IMG/VR virus record: IMGVR_UViG_3300001765_000193
Reading direction: 5' to 3' (one strand)
From: a virus
Length of the DNA: 34,986 nt
The position numbers and the translations under genes are program-made. Positions within the stretch are counted from its first letter, which is position 1, and every line of letters starts with the position of its first letter. Positions 8,991 to 17,270 of the stretch are shown here, piece after piece. The notes beneath the pieces were generated by a model. That model was given only the letters and a program-made list of their open reading frames with translations, was not told the DNA's origin and searched no databases.

Positions 8991-9170
8991 TTATAAAATT
9001 CTATAAGTGTTGTCAAATCTTCTTTTACCTTGTTTTAAACCACCTCTTTTGCCTTTTAAAGTAACTAAACTATAACAATCATTTGATTTATTATTTACAA
9101 TTTTTTCGCTTACTACTGTCATTATTGTATTTGCTCCAAAAGTGATTAATCTGTTTAATGATGATTCCAT
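8991..9170 (-). CDS. Hypothetical small basic protein, 59 aa (below cutoff)
   Basis: Hand translation MESSLNRLITFGANT...GKRRFDNTYRIL. Preceded by a TAnnTTTG box. Confidence 0.45.
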   Translation of the reverse strand: MESSLNRLITFGANTIMTVVSEKIVNNKSNDCYSLVTLKGKRGGLKQGKRRFDNTYRIL

Positions 9171-9196
9171 ATTTTCTATTTGTTTTATTTCTTTTA

Positions 9197-9204
9197 CAAA
9201 AATA
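9197..9204 (-). promoter_or_regulatory. Bacteroidota-type -7 box TATTTTTG
   Basis: Plus strand reads caaaaata, with a TTG about 20 nt upstream on the minus strand. Lies about 27 nt upstream of the ATG at 9170. Confidence 0.45.
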
Positions 9205-9254
9205 CGCCCTTATTTTGTAACTACCAAATAAAAATACAAATATTTTTAAAATAT

Positions 9255-9527
9255 TTACTTTCCATAATTTTTAGCAAGTTCGTGTGAATCTAATCCTGTG
9301 TATTTTTTTATTAGTTCTCGCAAATCTTTTCCGCATTGCTCAGCTGTTTTGCATTTTGCTTTTAGTTTTAAATCGGTATTATTATCAAATAGTTTATCCA
9401 TTAAAACCGTGTTAAATATTAACATTCCATCAACAAAGGCATCGTTACTGAAATTTGGTTTTGTTTCTGAATTTTCTAAAAATTGTCTCGCAAATGCTTT
9501 TAGCATCGGTTCGTGTTGGTTTTTCAT
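9255..9527 (-). CDS. Hypothetical protein, 90 aa
   Basis: Minus-strand ORF with a 4-nt overlap to the upstream gene. Confidence 0.5.
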   Translation of the reverse strand: MKNQHEPMLKAFARQFLENSETKPNFSNDAFVDGMLIFNTVLMDKLFDNNTDLKLKAKCKTAEQCGKDLRELIKKYTGLDSHELAKNYGK

Positions 9528-9865
9528 TTTATGTTTGTTTTAATTAATTCTTGAAATTGCTCTAAACTTCTTATGATGTGATAATTATATCCTAATATTT
9601 CAATTCTATTTTGAAAGTCTTTTTGATTTTCTGACTGAACTCCTTTCTCGGTTTTAATTTCTACAAATAATATCTTATTGGGCAAAATTACAATTAAATC
9701 ACTTGCACCTTTTAAAAGTCCTGTATTTAATTTTCGTTTGGTTTCAATTGCATTTATAGAATCATTTGGTACTGAAAATATCATACATCGATTTTTCTGC
9801 ATTTTTAAGCAGTAATTATTTGAAAACCAAATAAAAATTTGTTGTTGAATTATGTTTTCATTCAT
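9524..9865 (-). CDS. VRR-NUC domain nuclease, 113 aa
   Basis: PD-(D/E)xK-like GASDLIVILPNKILFVEIKTEKGVQSENQKDF, the D...E.K...Q signature of VRR-NUC. Confidence 0.65.
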   Translation of the reverse strand: MNENIIQQQIFIWFSNNYCLKMQKNRCMIFSVPNDSINAIETKRKLNTGLLKGASDLIVILPNKILFVEIKTEKGVQSENQKDFQNRIEILGYNYHIIRSLEQFQELIKTNIK

Positions 9866-9909
9866 AATGTAATTTTTAATTTATTGTTTTTTAGTTAGTT
9901 AACCCAAAA

Positions 9910-10104
9910 ATGACAAATGACAAAATATTTTTTACAGAGTTTAAATATAAATCATATATTTCATTTTATGTATAAATAATAAATAATGTAATACTATATA
10001 TAGTTTAAACCATATATTTTATGTCATTTTGTAATTTATAGGTTTATATATTTAAAAATCAAATAATTAACCAATGACAAAATCAATGACAAAGAATGAC
10101 AAAA
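9910..10104. repeat. Iteron cluster (ATGACAAA) flanking an extremely AT-rich core; putative replication origin
   Basis: Direct copies at 9910, 9917, 10074, 10086 and 10096, and an inverted copy at 10021-10030. Lies in the 250-bp ORF-free gap just after the primase-helicase gene. No TAnnTTTG box is present. Confidence 0.45.
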
Positions 10105-10116
10105 ATTACATTTTTA

Positions 10117-12279
10117 TTAATCTATTTTTTGAGTATATAAGCAATAACCTCTCATACTTTTACCAAATTTAGTATAACTTTTATTTTCAAGTTTATTTTT
10201 AACAATAATATCTTTAACATCATATTTTGTGACCACAAAATTTGCAACACCATTTAAAAAATTTAAAATTTGTCCTTGACTTAAAATAACCTCAACTTCA
10301 AAAAATTCATTTCTTTCAATAGAAAAATTTTCAAAAAACAGGTCTTCAACTGGCATATTTTCTATATTCTTTGTGGTTTCTTTTTCTAAAAATTCAACGT
10401 CATCATTAGAAAATATTTTCCAATCAAACCCATCTTTATACATTTGATACGCTTCTAACCATAAGTTAGTAGTATTTAATGAAATTAAGCGGTTATAATC
10501 AATCTTCTCTACATTGATAGGCAATATACGTCTATTTCCTGTTACGTCTTTTAAAACGTCTCTTTCGTTACTTGTTCCGCATAAACTTGCACGTCTTTTT
10601 AATTTAGCATAATAACTTGAATAAGGTAAACGAATGTCCACCATATTTGTATCAGCTACTTTTTTAAAGTCTTTTACGTCCTTTGTTGCAAGTCCTCCAA
10701 ACTCGTCATCTAAAACTAATAAACCTTTTACTAAATTATAAATTGAATCTTTATCTTTTACGTCTATTTTGTGTTCTATTAAATATTTTTGTAAACCTGG
10801 AGGCAATAAGTTTCTAAAAAAAGACGTTTTACCAGTTCCTTGTTTTTGACCGCAAAGAACTAAAGTTAACGGGCTTACTTTAGGCTCGTTTATAGGTGCT
10901 AACCAATTATGAATGCACCCAACAATCCACTTTTTAAAAACCCAATTATTATAATTTGATCGTGGTTCTATACAATTAATATAGTCATCTATAACGCTTT
11001 CTGAATTTTCGTGTAACTTTTGTTTAAAAAATTCAGTTAACGGATTAAAAAAAATAGTATGTTCACTATTAATCATATCTCTAACATCTGACTTAGTAGG
11101 AATGAAATCTAAATAATTTTTACAAGCAAAGTAAATAGTGTTCAATTTAACGTCGTCTAAAAGTTTACCATTTATAAAAATTTCATTAGTAATTGTATCT
11201 TTTACTGGATTATAATTTTCAAAAATAAAGTTTTGCAATTTTTTAGAATCGGTTAAATTTTCGTCTAATTGTTTATAATCTTTTTTACTTTCTATTAAAA
11301 ACTTTATAAGTTCGTCATCAGCATCAGTAATGTTATTAATTTTTTCAAGTGATTTTTTTATGCTTTCAATAGTTGGTTCGCCTTGACTTTTAGCAACAGA
11401 AACCCTATTAATAATTGTTTCTGTTTTTTCAGAATACAATTTTAAACCAGCTTCTTTTGCATAATAGTAAATAGTAGATATTGAAACTGCTCCACTTCCT
11501 TTACAGAAGTTTTTATAATGTTTTTCTATTTTTGAACTATCATATTTTGAGCCATATTTACAAATAGCATCAAAGTAAGTAAAACCACTTTCACCAAATT
11601 TAGAAGCTATACCAAACCCTATTCTAACATATCGGTCGTAATCATCTTGACAAAGGTCAATCTGTTTTTCTTGAATTTGTGATAAAATAGTTTGAAAGTC
11701 ATCATTTACGAAAACGAAATTATGAACTTTCTCTTTTTTAATTACTTGTTTTGCTATAAACTTTTTAGAGTTTTCATTTAAAAATAAATAAGGGTCGTAT
11801 GATATAAATCTAAGTCTATTTTTATTTTTGCAACTCGGGTCAATTGCTACATTAAAATTGTCCCAATAATATTGAGCAAGTTCATTAAAACTTTCTAAAA
11901 ACTTATTCGGGTTTATTTTAACGAAAACACAAAGTCCATCGCCACCAAAAGACCGATGCGACATCATTGTATATTTGTCTAAATTAATTTGATTAAGCAA
12001 TTGTAAATCCACATCATCATCAATATCAATTACAATTAATCCGTTTAACTCTTCTATATTATCAGCGGTTTTACTTCCATTTTTCATAACTGCCGAACCT
12101 GTTATGCAGGGTGCTTTTATTTTGCATTGATTATAAGCGTCTTTATCGTTTTTTAGCGAACGTGCTTTTAGTACCAAATCTTGGTAAGTTCCTTTTTGCA
12201 CCATATCGATATAATCTTGAATATCAATATCAATTTTATCAATACTTTTTGCGGTTGGGTATTTACTGAATTTTATCAT
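10117..12279 (-). CDS. Primase/helicase-type replication protein (VirE_N/BT4734-like N-domain, PriCT-like middle, VirE/D5-like P-loop NTPase), 720 aa
   Basis: LNGLIVIDIDD; DDYDRYVRIGFGIASKFGESG (PriCT-like); Walker A CGQKQGTGKTSF; Walker B LLVLDDE. Confidence 0.7.
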   Translation of the reverse strand: MIKFSKYPTAKSIDKIDIDIQDYIDMVQKGTYQDLVLKARSLKNDKDAYNQCKIKAPCITGSAVMKNGSKTADNIEELNGLIVIDIDDDVDLQLLNQINLDKYTMMSHRSFGGDGLCVFVKINPNKFLESFNELAQYYWDNFNVAIDPSCKNKNRLRFISYDPYLFLNENSKKFIAKQVIKKEKVHNFVFVNDDFQTILSQIQEKQIDLCQDDYDRYVRIGFGIASKFGESGFTYFDAICKYGSKYDSSKIEKHYKNFCKGSGAVSISTIYYYAKEAGLKLYSEKTETIINRVSVAKSQGEPTIESIKKSLEKINNITDADDELIKFLIESKKDYKQLDENLTDSKKLQNFIFENYNPVKDTITNEIFINGKLLDDVKLNTIYFACKNYLDFIPTKSDVRDMINSEHTIFFNPLTEFFKQKLHENSESVIDDYINCIEPRSNYNNWVFKKWIVGCIHNWLAPINEPKVSPLTLVLCGQKQGTGKTSFFRNLLPPGLQKYLIEHKIDVKDKDSIYNLVKGLLVLDDEFGGLATKDVKDFKKVADTNMVDIRLPYSSYYAKLKRRASLCGTSNERDVLKDVTGNRRILPINVEKIDYNRLISLNTTNLWLEAYQMYKDGFDWKIFSNDDVEFLEKETTKNIENMPVEDLFFENFSIERNEFFEVEVILSQGQILNFLNGVANFVVTKYDVKDIIVKNKLENKSYTKFGKSMRGYCLYTQKID

Positions 12280-13921
12280 AATATTGTTTTAATTTTTCTT
12301 TAAGTTTTGATTTTAAATAAACTAAAGTTCTATTGCTTTTACTTGGCAAACCATTGAAAATTTTAATAAATGGTTCTCCTAAGATACGATTAATTTTTTT
12401 GTCAAATTGTCCGTTTAAAATGGATTTTTGATAGCTTCCAAAAGTAACTTTATTTTTTACAAATAAATCAAAAGTTTGATTAATTAATATTTTAAAAGCA
12501 AAATTAATATCCTCGTTTATTGATTGAACATACTTTATAATCTTTTCGCCACTTGGGTATATTTGTTTAACTTTAACTGCTGTTATTTTATTTGTAACTA
12601 TTTCAACTTCCTTTTCTTCAACTTCAATTATAGGTTCTTCATAATTACAACTTGGACAATTTTTTTCAGATTTCATTTTTAAAAAACCACAATTTTTGCA
12701 CTCATTAATATCGTCCAAACTTTCTTTTAATTGTTTTGGAGGTTTTAATCCGTTAAAAAATATCTTTTCCCAATTCCTTGTTTTGTCAGACCACATTCCT
12801 AAGCGGTCTGAATTTCCGCCACCATCTATAAAAATAAATTTATCTTTAAATATCTTTTTAGTAGATCTTGCACCTCGTCCAGCAATTTGTATAAATAATG
12901 ATAATGATGCGGTGGGTCGTGCCATAATAATAGCTTCTACATCGTCAACGTCAAACCCTTTAGTGAAACAAGAAACGTTTAATAGTATTGCATCACGTTC
13001 ATTTTCAAACCAACGTATCAAAGGTTTTCTTTCGTTTTTTTGGTTGTTAACAGAATCATACATTTTTACGTTGTAGCCTTTCTCTTTAAACATTTCATAA
13101 ATCAAAAGATTAACTTTAGTTGATGCTGTGAAAATCATTGTTTTTTTACCTAAACAAAGCTGTTCGTAATTATGTAAAATATCAATTTGCACTTCTTCTT
13201 TTTCGTATGTTTGAGCAATTGATTCGGCTGTAAATTCTCCACTACTATCGGTTTTTAAATTTTCGGTATTTACTGAAATTGAATATAATTCTTCATCAAC
13301 TAAAAAATCATTCTCGATTAAATAATCAATTCCAACTCCTACTACAATATCATCATATACATCGGACATCGTTTCTTCTTTAGTCCAAACTTTCAATTCA
13401 TAACCGCAGTGTTCAACTTTTTCAAGTTCTGGAACGAATGGTAACTCGGTATTACATTCATTGCATTTATAAAATTTAGTTCTTTTTAGTCTAACTGGGG
13501 TTGCTGTGAAACCTATTATTTTGCAATCAATAACGTAATCAAAAATTTTGTTAAAAATCCAAACGTGTGCCTCATCGATTATAAGATAATTAAAGCGTTC
13601 GATTAAATTAGTTTTTTTTTGCAACCTATTGAATAAAGTTTGAGCCATCGAAACCACTACTTTATTATTCGGGAATATTTTATTTTTGCTTTCAAAAGTA
13701 GCTACATCAACTCCTTGTTTTAAAAAAGTTTTATAAGTTTGAGTAACCAAGTCTTCACTATCCACTAAAATTAAAACATCGGTATTTAGTTGTTTTGTTA
13801 ATTCGGTAAAAATAACGGTTTTTCCTCCGCCTGTTGATAATTGAACGCATAATTTATTTACGCTTGGTAGCTTAAATAATATTTGTTCAAGTTGATTTTG
13901 TTGATATGTCCTTAATTGCAT
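12263..13921 (-). CDS. SF2 DEAD/DEAH-box DNA helicase with Zn-ribbon inserts, 552 aa
   Basis: Motif I LSTGGGKT, motif II IIDEAH, motif III FTATP and motif VI QIAGRGAR. CxxC pairs at CNECN...HCG and CKNCG...CPSCN. Confidence 0.85.
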   Translation of the reverse strand: MQLRTYQQNQLEQILFKLPSVNKLCVQLSTGGGKTVIFTELTKQLNTDVLILVDSEDLVTQTYKTFLKQGVDVATFESKNKIFPNNKVVVSMAQTLFNRLQKKTNLIERFNYLIIDEAHVWIFNKIFDYVIDCKIIGFTATPVRLKRTKFYKCNECNTELPFVPELEKVEHCGYELKVWTKEETMSDVYDDIVVGVGIDYLIENDFLVDEELYSISVNTENLKTDSSGEFTAESIAQTYEKEEVQIDILHNYEQLCLGKKTMIFTASTKVNLLIYEMFKEKGYNVKMYDSVNNQKNERKPLIRWFENERDAILLNVSCFTKGFDVDDVEAIIMARPTASLSLFIQIAGRGARSTKKIFKDKFIFIDGGGNSDRLGMWSDKTRNWEKIFFNGLKPPKQLKESLDDINECKNCGFLKMKSEKNCPSCNYEEPIIEVEEKEVEIVTNKITAVKVKQIYPSGEKIIKYVQSINEDINFAFKILINQTFDLFVKNKVTFGSYQKSILNGQFDKKINRILGEPFIKIFNGLPSKSNRTLVYLKSKLKEKLKQYYDKIQ

Positions 13922-13933
13922 AATTAAATAAAA

Positions 13934-14031
13934 GAGAAAACCCTCGAACTCGATGCACTACTATCGGTTGAGGGTTTCTCATTTACATTGCTATTGCAAC
14001 GTTATAATTTAAGTCGGTAGTGCTTCGACTT
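13934..14031 (-). ncRNA. Structured 5' leader A: short hairpin plus long bipartite hairpin with complementary loops
   Basis: Long hairpin 13934-13980 has about 18 bp with 3 bulges and the 8-nt loop gcactact. Short hairpin 14011-14031 has a 6-bp stem and a 9-nt loop. Loops pair 13955-13961 (gcactac) with 14017-14023 (gtagtgc). Confidence 0.55.
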
Positions 14032-14033
14032 CA

Positions 14034-14041
14034 CAAAACTA
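14034..14041 (-). promoter_or_regulatory. Bacteroidota-type -7 box TAGTTTTG
   Basis: Plus strand reads caaaacta, with a TTTG 18 nt upstream on the minus strand. The leader hairpin starts 3 nt downstream. Confidence 0.5.
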
Positions 14042-14042
14042 C

Positions 14043-14075
14043 AAAAAAAATCCGAACTACAAAGCAATTCGGATT
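14043..14075 (-). terminator. Rho-independent terminator after the recombination operon
   Basis: Stem AUCCGAA/UUCGGAU followed by U8 on the minus strand. Confidence 0.7.
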
Positions 14076-14083
14076 AATTTTTT

Positions 14084-14359
14084 TTAATTAATTTTCTCTA
14101 TTTTCCAGCCTTTTATTGAGTTAAAATATTTTGTTTCGCCCTGTGGATTAACCCACTCTCGACCTCCTACATTAATTGAAACTTTAACATCATCACCAAT
14201 ATTATAAAAATCTAATAAAGCGGTTTTATCTTGAGCAAATTCAATTATTATTGTTTGTATATATTGTTCATTAGTTGCTATAACTAATTCTCTCTTTTTG
14301 TATGATGCACTTACTTCTTGAACATCACTAATTACTTTAATTTTACCGATTAATTCCAT
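14084..14359 (-). CDS. DUF3127-family OB-fold (SSB-like) protein, 91 aa
   Basis: MELIGKIKVISDVQEV...ELVIATNEQY...FAQDK...GDDVKVSINVGGREW...NSIKGWKIEK matches the DUF3127 pattern common in Bacteroidota. Confidence 0.7.
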   Translation of the reverse strand: MELIGKIKVISDVQEVSASYKKRELVIATNEQYIQTIIIEFAQDKTALLDFYNIGDDVKVSINVGGREWVNPQGETKYFNSIKGWKIEKIN

Positions 14360-14967
14360 TGTTTATTTTTGTTTATTAAGTTAATATATTCTAATTTAAT
14401 TTCTATTACTTCTTTTAAACGTTCTTTAATTTTTTCAATCATTTCTTCATCACGTTCAACTATAATTTCGTGATAATATTCTGTGCCATTGTGAACTAAA
14501 TAATTAAAAAAATAGGCTTTATCTCTATTTGTGCATAACATTTGCATTTGCATTTGTGCATAATATTTAGTGTCGATTTCATTTGTAGCAACCAATTTAA
14601 AAAAAGTAGTTGACTTCGGACATTTAATTTCTAAAATTGCATTATCAGAAACCAATCCGTCAGGACTTGCTCCAGCGTGTTCTTGGAATGTAAAAAAACC
14701 ACATTTTTCAACTTCTAAAAATTCCAATCCTTTTAATTCTTTAAACTTTGCAAAAGCTAAGGGTTCTGTATCAATTCCGGTTTGCATATCATAAGAAATA
14801 TAACTCTCTTCAAATTCTCCGTATAATTGTTCAATAGCTTTTTCAATAGCATAAGTTTTGCCAGTTTCACCAAGTCCACGAACTCCAAGTATTTTAATAA
14901 TTTCACTTGCAGTAAATTTACCGCACCTATCTTTTAACCAACTTTCTGTTCGTTGTAATTGTTCCAT
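14350..14967 (-). CDS. YqaJ-like (lambda Exo-type) recombination exonuclease, 205 aa
   Basis: QRTESWLKDRCGKFTASEI N-terminal signature plus the SPDG...LEIKCP PD-(D/E)xK core. Confidence 0.8.
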   Translation of the reverse strand: MEQLQRTESWLKDRCGKFTASEIIKILGVRGLGETGKTYAIEKAIEQLYGEFEESYISYDMQTGIDTEPLAFAKFKELKGLEFLEVEKCGFFTFQEHAGASPDGLVSDNAILEIKCPKSTTFFKLVATNEIDTKYYAQMQMQMLCTNRDKAYFFNYLVHNGTEYYHEIIVERDEEMIEKIKERLKEVIEIKLEYINLINKNKQWN

Positions 14968-15464
14968 AGTTTTTCAATTTCAGGTGTTAATGTATATTTC
15001 ATTTTAATTTGTTCAATTGTTGCATTGGCTTTTTTTGCACTCTCAAAATTAGCTTCTGTAAAGTTTGGTTTTACTTTATTTAAAATTGGTTGTATTGGTT
15101 TGATACGAACTCCGTCTGTAATTGCTCCCATCATTTTTACATTTCTATCAACATACAATTCAATATTCATGCCCTTCCAATTTTCTATAATATGACATTC
15201 TTTACCTATTAATCCGTCTTTTTTTGCAAACCCAGCCAATATTTTATTATTAGTTGAATTTAGTTTTAATGGTTTAATAGGTTCTACAAAATAGCAAAAA
15301 ATGCCGTCTTGTTTAGTTCCTGAAACATCAACTCCTTGTTCATACTTTACTTCTTTAATAGTAAAAATTAAAGGCACTCCGTCTGTTTCCATAGCATCTA
15401 AATCAGCACTCGCAAGGTGTGTAGATTTTCGATACTTTCTCCAATCTGTTTTTTTATTTTCCAT
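14934..15464 (-). CDS. Hypothetical protein, 176 aa; first gene of the recombination operon
   Basis: Minus-strand ORF that overlaps the exonuclease gene. No motif I can name. An annealing or SSB role is a guess from position only. Confidence 0.3.
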   Translation of the reverse strand: MENKKTDWRKYRKSTHLASADLDAMETDGVPLIFTIKEVKYEQGVDVSGTKQDGIFCYFVEPIKPLKLNSTNNKILAGFAKKDGLIGKECHIIENWKGMNIELYVDRNVKMMGAITDGVRIKPIQPILNKVKPNFTEANFESAKKANATIEQIKMKYTLTPEIEKLWNNYNEQKVG

Positions 15465-15478
15465 ATTTTAAAAAATAA

Positions 15479-15560
15479 ACCTCTTTTAAGAAACTTAATC
15501 GGCTAGAATTAAGCGTTAAAAGAGGTGTTATAAATTTGTGAAAGTCCCTAGCCGAACTTT
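15479..15560 (-). ncRNA. Structured 5' leader B (same architecture as A)
   Basis: Long hairpin 15479-15526 has an 11-bp outer stem, a 6-bp inner stem and the 8-nt loop cggctaga. Short hairpin 15541-15560 has a 5-bp stem and a 10-nt loop. Loops pair 15500-15506 (cggctag) with 15548-15554 (ctagccg). Confidence 0.55.
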
Positions 15561-15568
15561 TTGATATG

Positions 15569-15576
15569 CAAATATA
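15569..15576 (-). promoter_or_regulatory. Bacteroidota-type -7 box TATATTTG
   Basis: Plus strand reads caaatata. The leader hairpin begins 7-8 nt downstream. Confidence 0.45.
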
Positions 15577-15587
15577 ACTAAATTAAA

Positions 15588-15752
15588 TTAATAAAATACA
15601 TTTTTTTTAATTATTTCTGTATTATATTTTTCAAAGCATTGTTTAGGTTTCAGTCTTGCCCAAAACATTTCAAATATAAATATTTGTTTTCCTGTTCTTT
15701 TGCAGTGGAATGTATATCCACTTACTTCTCTTTTAAATTCTCTGTATTTCAT
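15588..15752 (-). CDS. Hypothetical small protein, 54 aa (below cutoff)
   Basis: Hand translation MKYREFKREVSGYTFHCKRTGKQ...KKNVFY. The ATG lies 1 nt after the methyltransferase stop. Confidence 0.45.
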   Translation of the reverse strand: MKYREFKREVSGYTFHCKRTGKQIFIFEMFWARLKPKQCFEKYNTEIIKKNVFY

Positions 15753-15753
15753 T

Positions 15754-16404
15754 TTAAAAAAGTTTTGTTTGTGAAATATGATTTTTTACTCTTTGTATTC
15801 CTTTGTCGTAGTATTCCTTGTCAAGTTCACAGCCAACCAATTCAAATCCATAATCGTGGCACGCTATTGCAATACTCATCGACCCTAAATGCGTATCGAG
15901 TATTTTATCGCCTTGCTTGGCGTATTTATTTAGAATAAACTTATATAAGTCAATTGGTTTTTCAGTTGGATGTATTCTATCACTTCCGTTATTTGCATTA
16001 GCACCAACCCAAGATTTAAAAAATTTTCTTATAGAACCATTAAAAGAAGTCCACGCTAATTCTCCATCAGCATAAGAATTATCTCCAGTACCTTTATCCC
16101 AAAATAACCAACATTGAGAATTTTCTAATAAATTAGAAAAATAATTTCCACCCCAAATAATTTGATTTTTTGATATTCTTTGTAATTCTTTAAAATAATC
16201 TTTAGATGGAATTGATTTATCCCAATCATTTTCTCTAAAATCTATAGTTTTAATTTTGGAAGTTCCGTTTTTAAAGTTTTTACTTCCAGCACCAATCCCA
16301 TAAGGCGGGTCAACAATAGCCAACTCGAAATAATTATCAGGATAACGTGCCATTAGTTGCATATTGCATTCGTTTGTCAATTCTATTTTATCTGTTAGTT
16401 TCAT
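15754..16404 (-). CDS. N6/N4 DNA methyltransferase (N6_N4_Mtase family), 216 aa
   Basis: Motif IV IVDPPYGIG, then HPTEKPIDLY, then motif I-like DTHLGSMS. Paralog of 20698-21417. Confidence 0.8.
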   Translation of the reverse strand: MKLTDKIELTNECNMQLMARYPDNYFELAIVDPPYGIGAGSKNFKNGTSKIKTIDFRENDWDKSIPSKDYFKELQRISKNQIIWGGNYFSNLLENSQCWLFWDKGTGDNSYADGELAWTSFNGSIRKFFKSWVGANANNGSDRIHPTEKPIDLYKFILNKYAKQGDKILDTHLGSMSIAIACHDYGFELVGCELDKEYYDKGIQRVKNHISQTKLF

Positions 16405-16406
16405 AA

Positions 16407-17249
16407 TTAGAATAGTGTTTCTTGACTTTTATTAATTAATGTTTTAGCAAATCCAAATTCTTCTATATCTTTTAATTTTTGATACTCTTCATTTATCCAA
16501 TTTTCGGCATTTTTATGAAATGGTTTTTTAATTTCAAACCCAAAACATTTTCTTTTTAATTCTTGCCCGGCTATTAAAGTTGAGCCACTACCCGCGCAAG
16601 GGTCTATAATTACGTCTCCTTCATCCGTAAAAATTTCAATTAGTTTTTTCAAAACTTTTAATGGTTTTTGAGTAGGGTGCAATTTTTCAATATTTGCATC
16701 ATCACGTTCCCAATCCAAGCAATTAAAAATCATTTTACCTTTGTTATTAAATTTTGGCAAACGATCACGATAAAATATTAAAGCATATTCGCAGTTACCT
16801 ACTACTTTCATATTTGCTTTTAAAACTTGTGCCGAAAAGTTTTTACGAAATACTAAATTTATATAATTTTTCAATCCGTATCTTTTAGCTAATTCAATTA
16901 AATACATTTGTTGGTCGAATGCACAAAAAACAATCATACAAGGTGCATCGCCTTTTTGTCTTGGTTCTCCATCTTCTGACTTTTTTGGTTTAGTTTCTGC
17001 TTTTAGCATTGTGCTACAAAAGTGCATAAATTCTGCTGGTCTAAAATCTTCATCGGTATCAAAGAAACTTTTACCAGCTAATTCACTTTCTCCATTTGCA
17101 TTGTCTCCGTCTTTATACCACGCTGGGTTTGATGCGTATGCGTTGTTTCCTAAATTATAAGGAATATCCGCAATTATTAATTGTGCTTTCGGAATCGCAT
17201 ATGTTTTGAAATTCTGAAAATGGTTATTAAATATTTGTGCTTTTTTCAT
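16407..17249 (-). CDS. N6/N4 DNA methyltransferase (beta-class order), 280 aa
   Basis: Motif IV variant IADIPYNLG, HPTQKPLKVLKKLIE, motif I DPCAGSGST. Confidence 0.8.
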   Translation of the reverse strand: MKKAQIFNNHFQNFKTYAIPKAQLIIADIPYNLGNNAYASNPAWYKDGDNANGESELAGKSFFDTDEDFRPAEFMHFCSTMLKAETKPKKSEDGEPRQKGDAPCMIVFCAFDQQMYLIELAKRYGLKNYINLVFRKNFSAQVLKANMKVVGNCEYALIFYRDRLPKFNNKGKMIFNCLDWERDDANIEKLHPTQKPLKVLKKLIEIFTDEGDVIIDPCAGSGSTLIAGQELKRKCFGFEIKKPFHKNAENWINEEYQKLKDIEEFGFAKTLINKSQETLF

Positions 17250-17270
17250 AAATATTTTTAAAATTTAAAA

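Noticed and set aside
14934-15464. Calling the 176-aa protein a RecT/Erf-type annealing protein
   Set aside because: Only its position next to the YqaJ exonuclease supports this. I could not recognise any RecT, Erf, Sak or Redbeta motif, so it is left as hypothetical.
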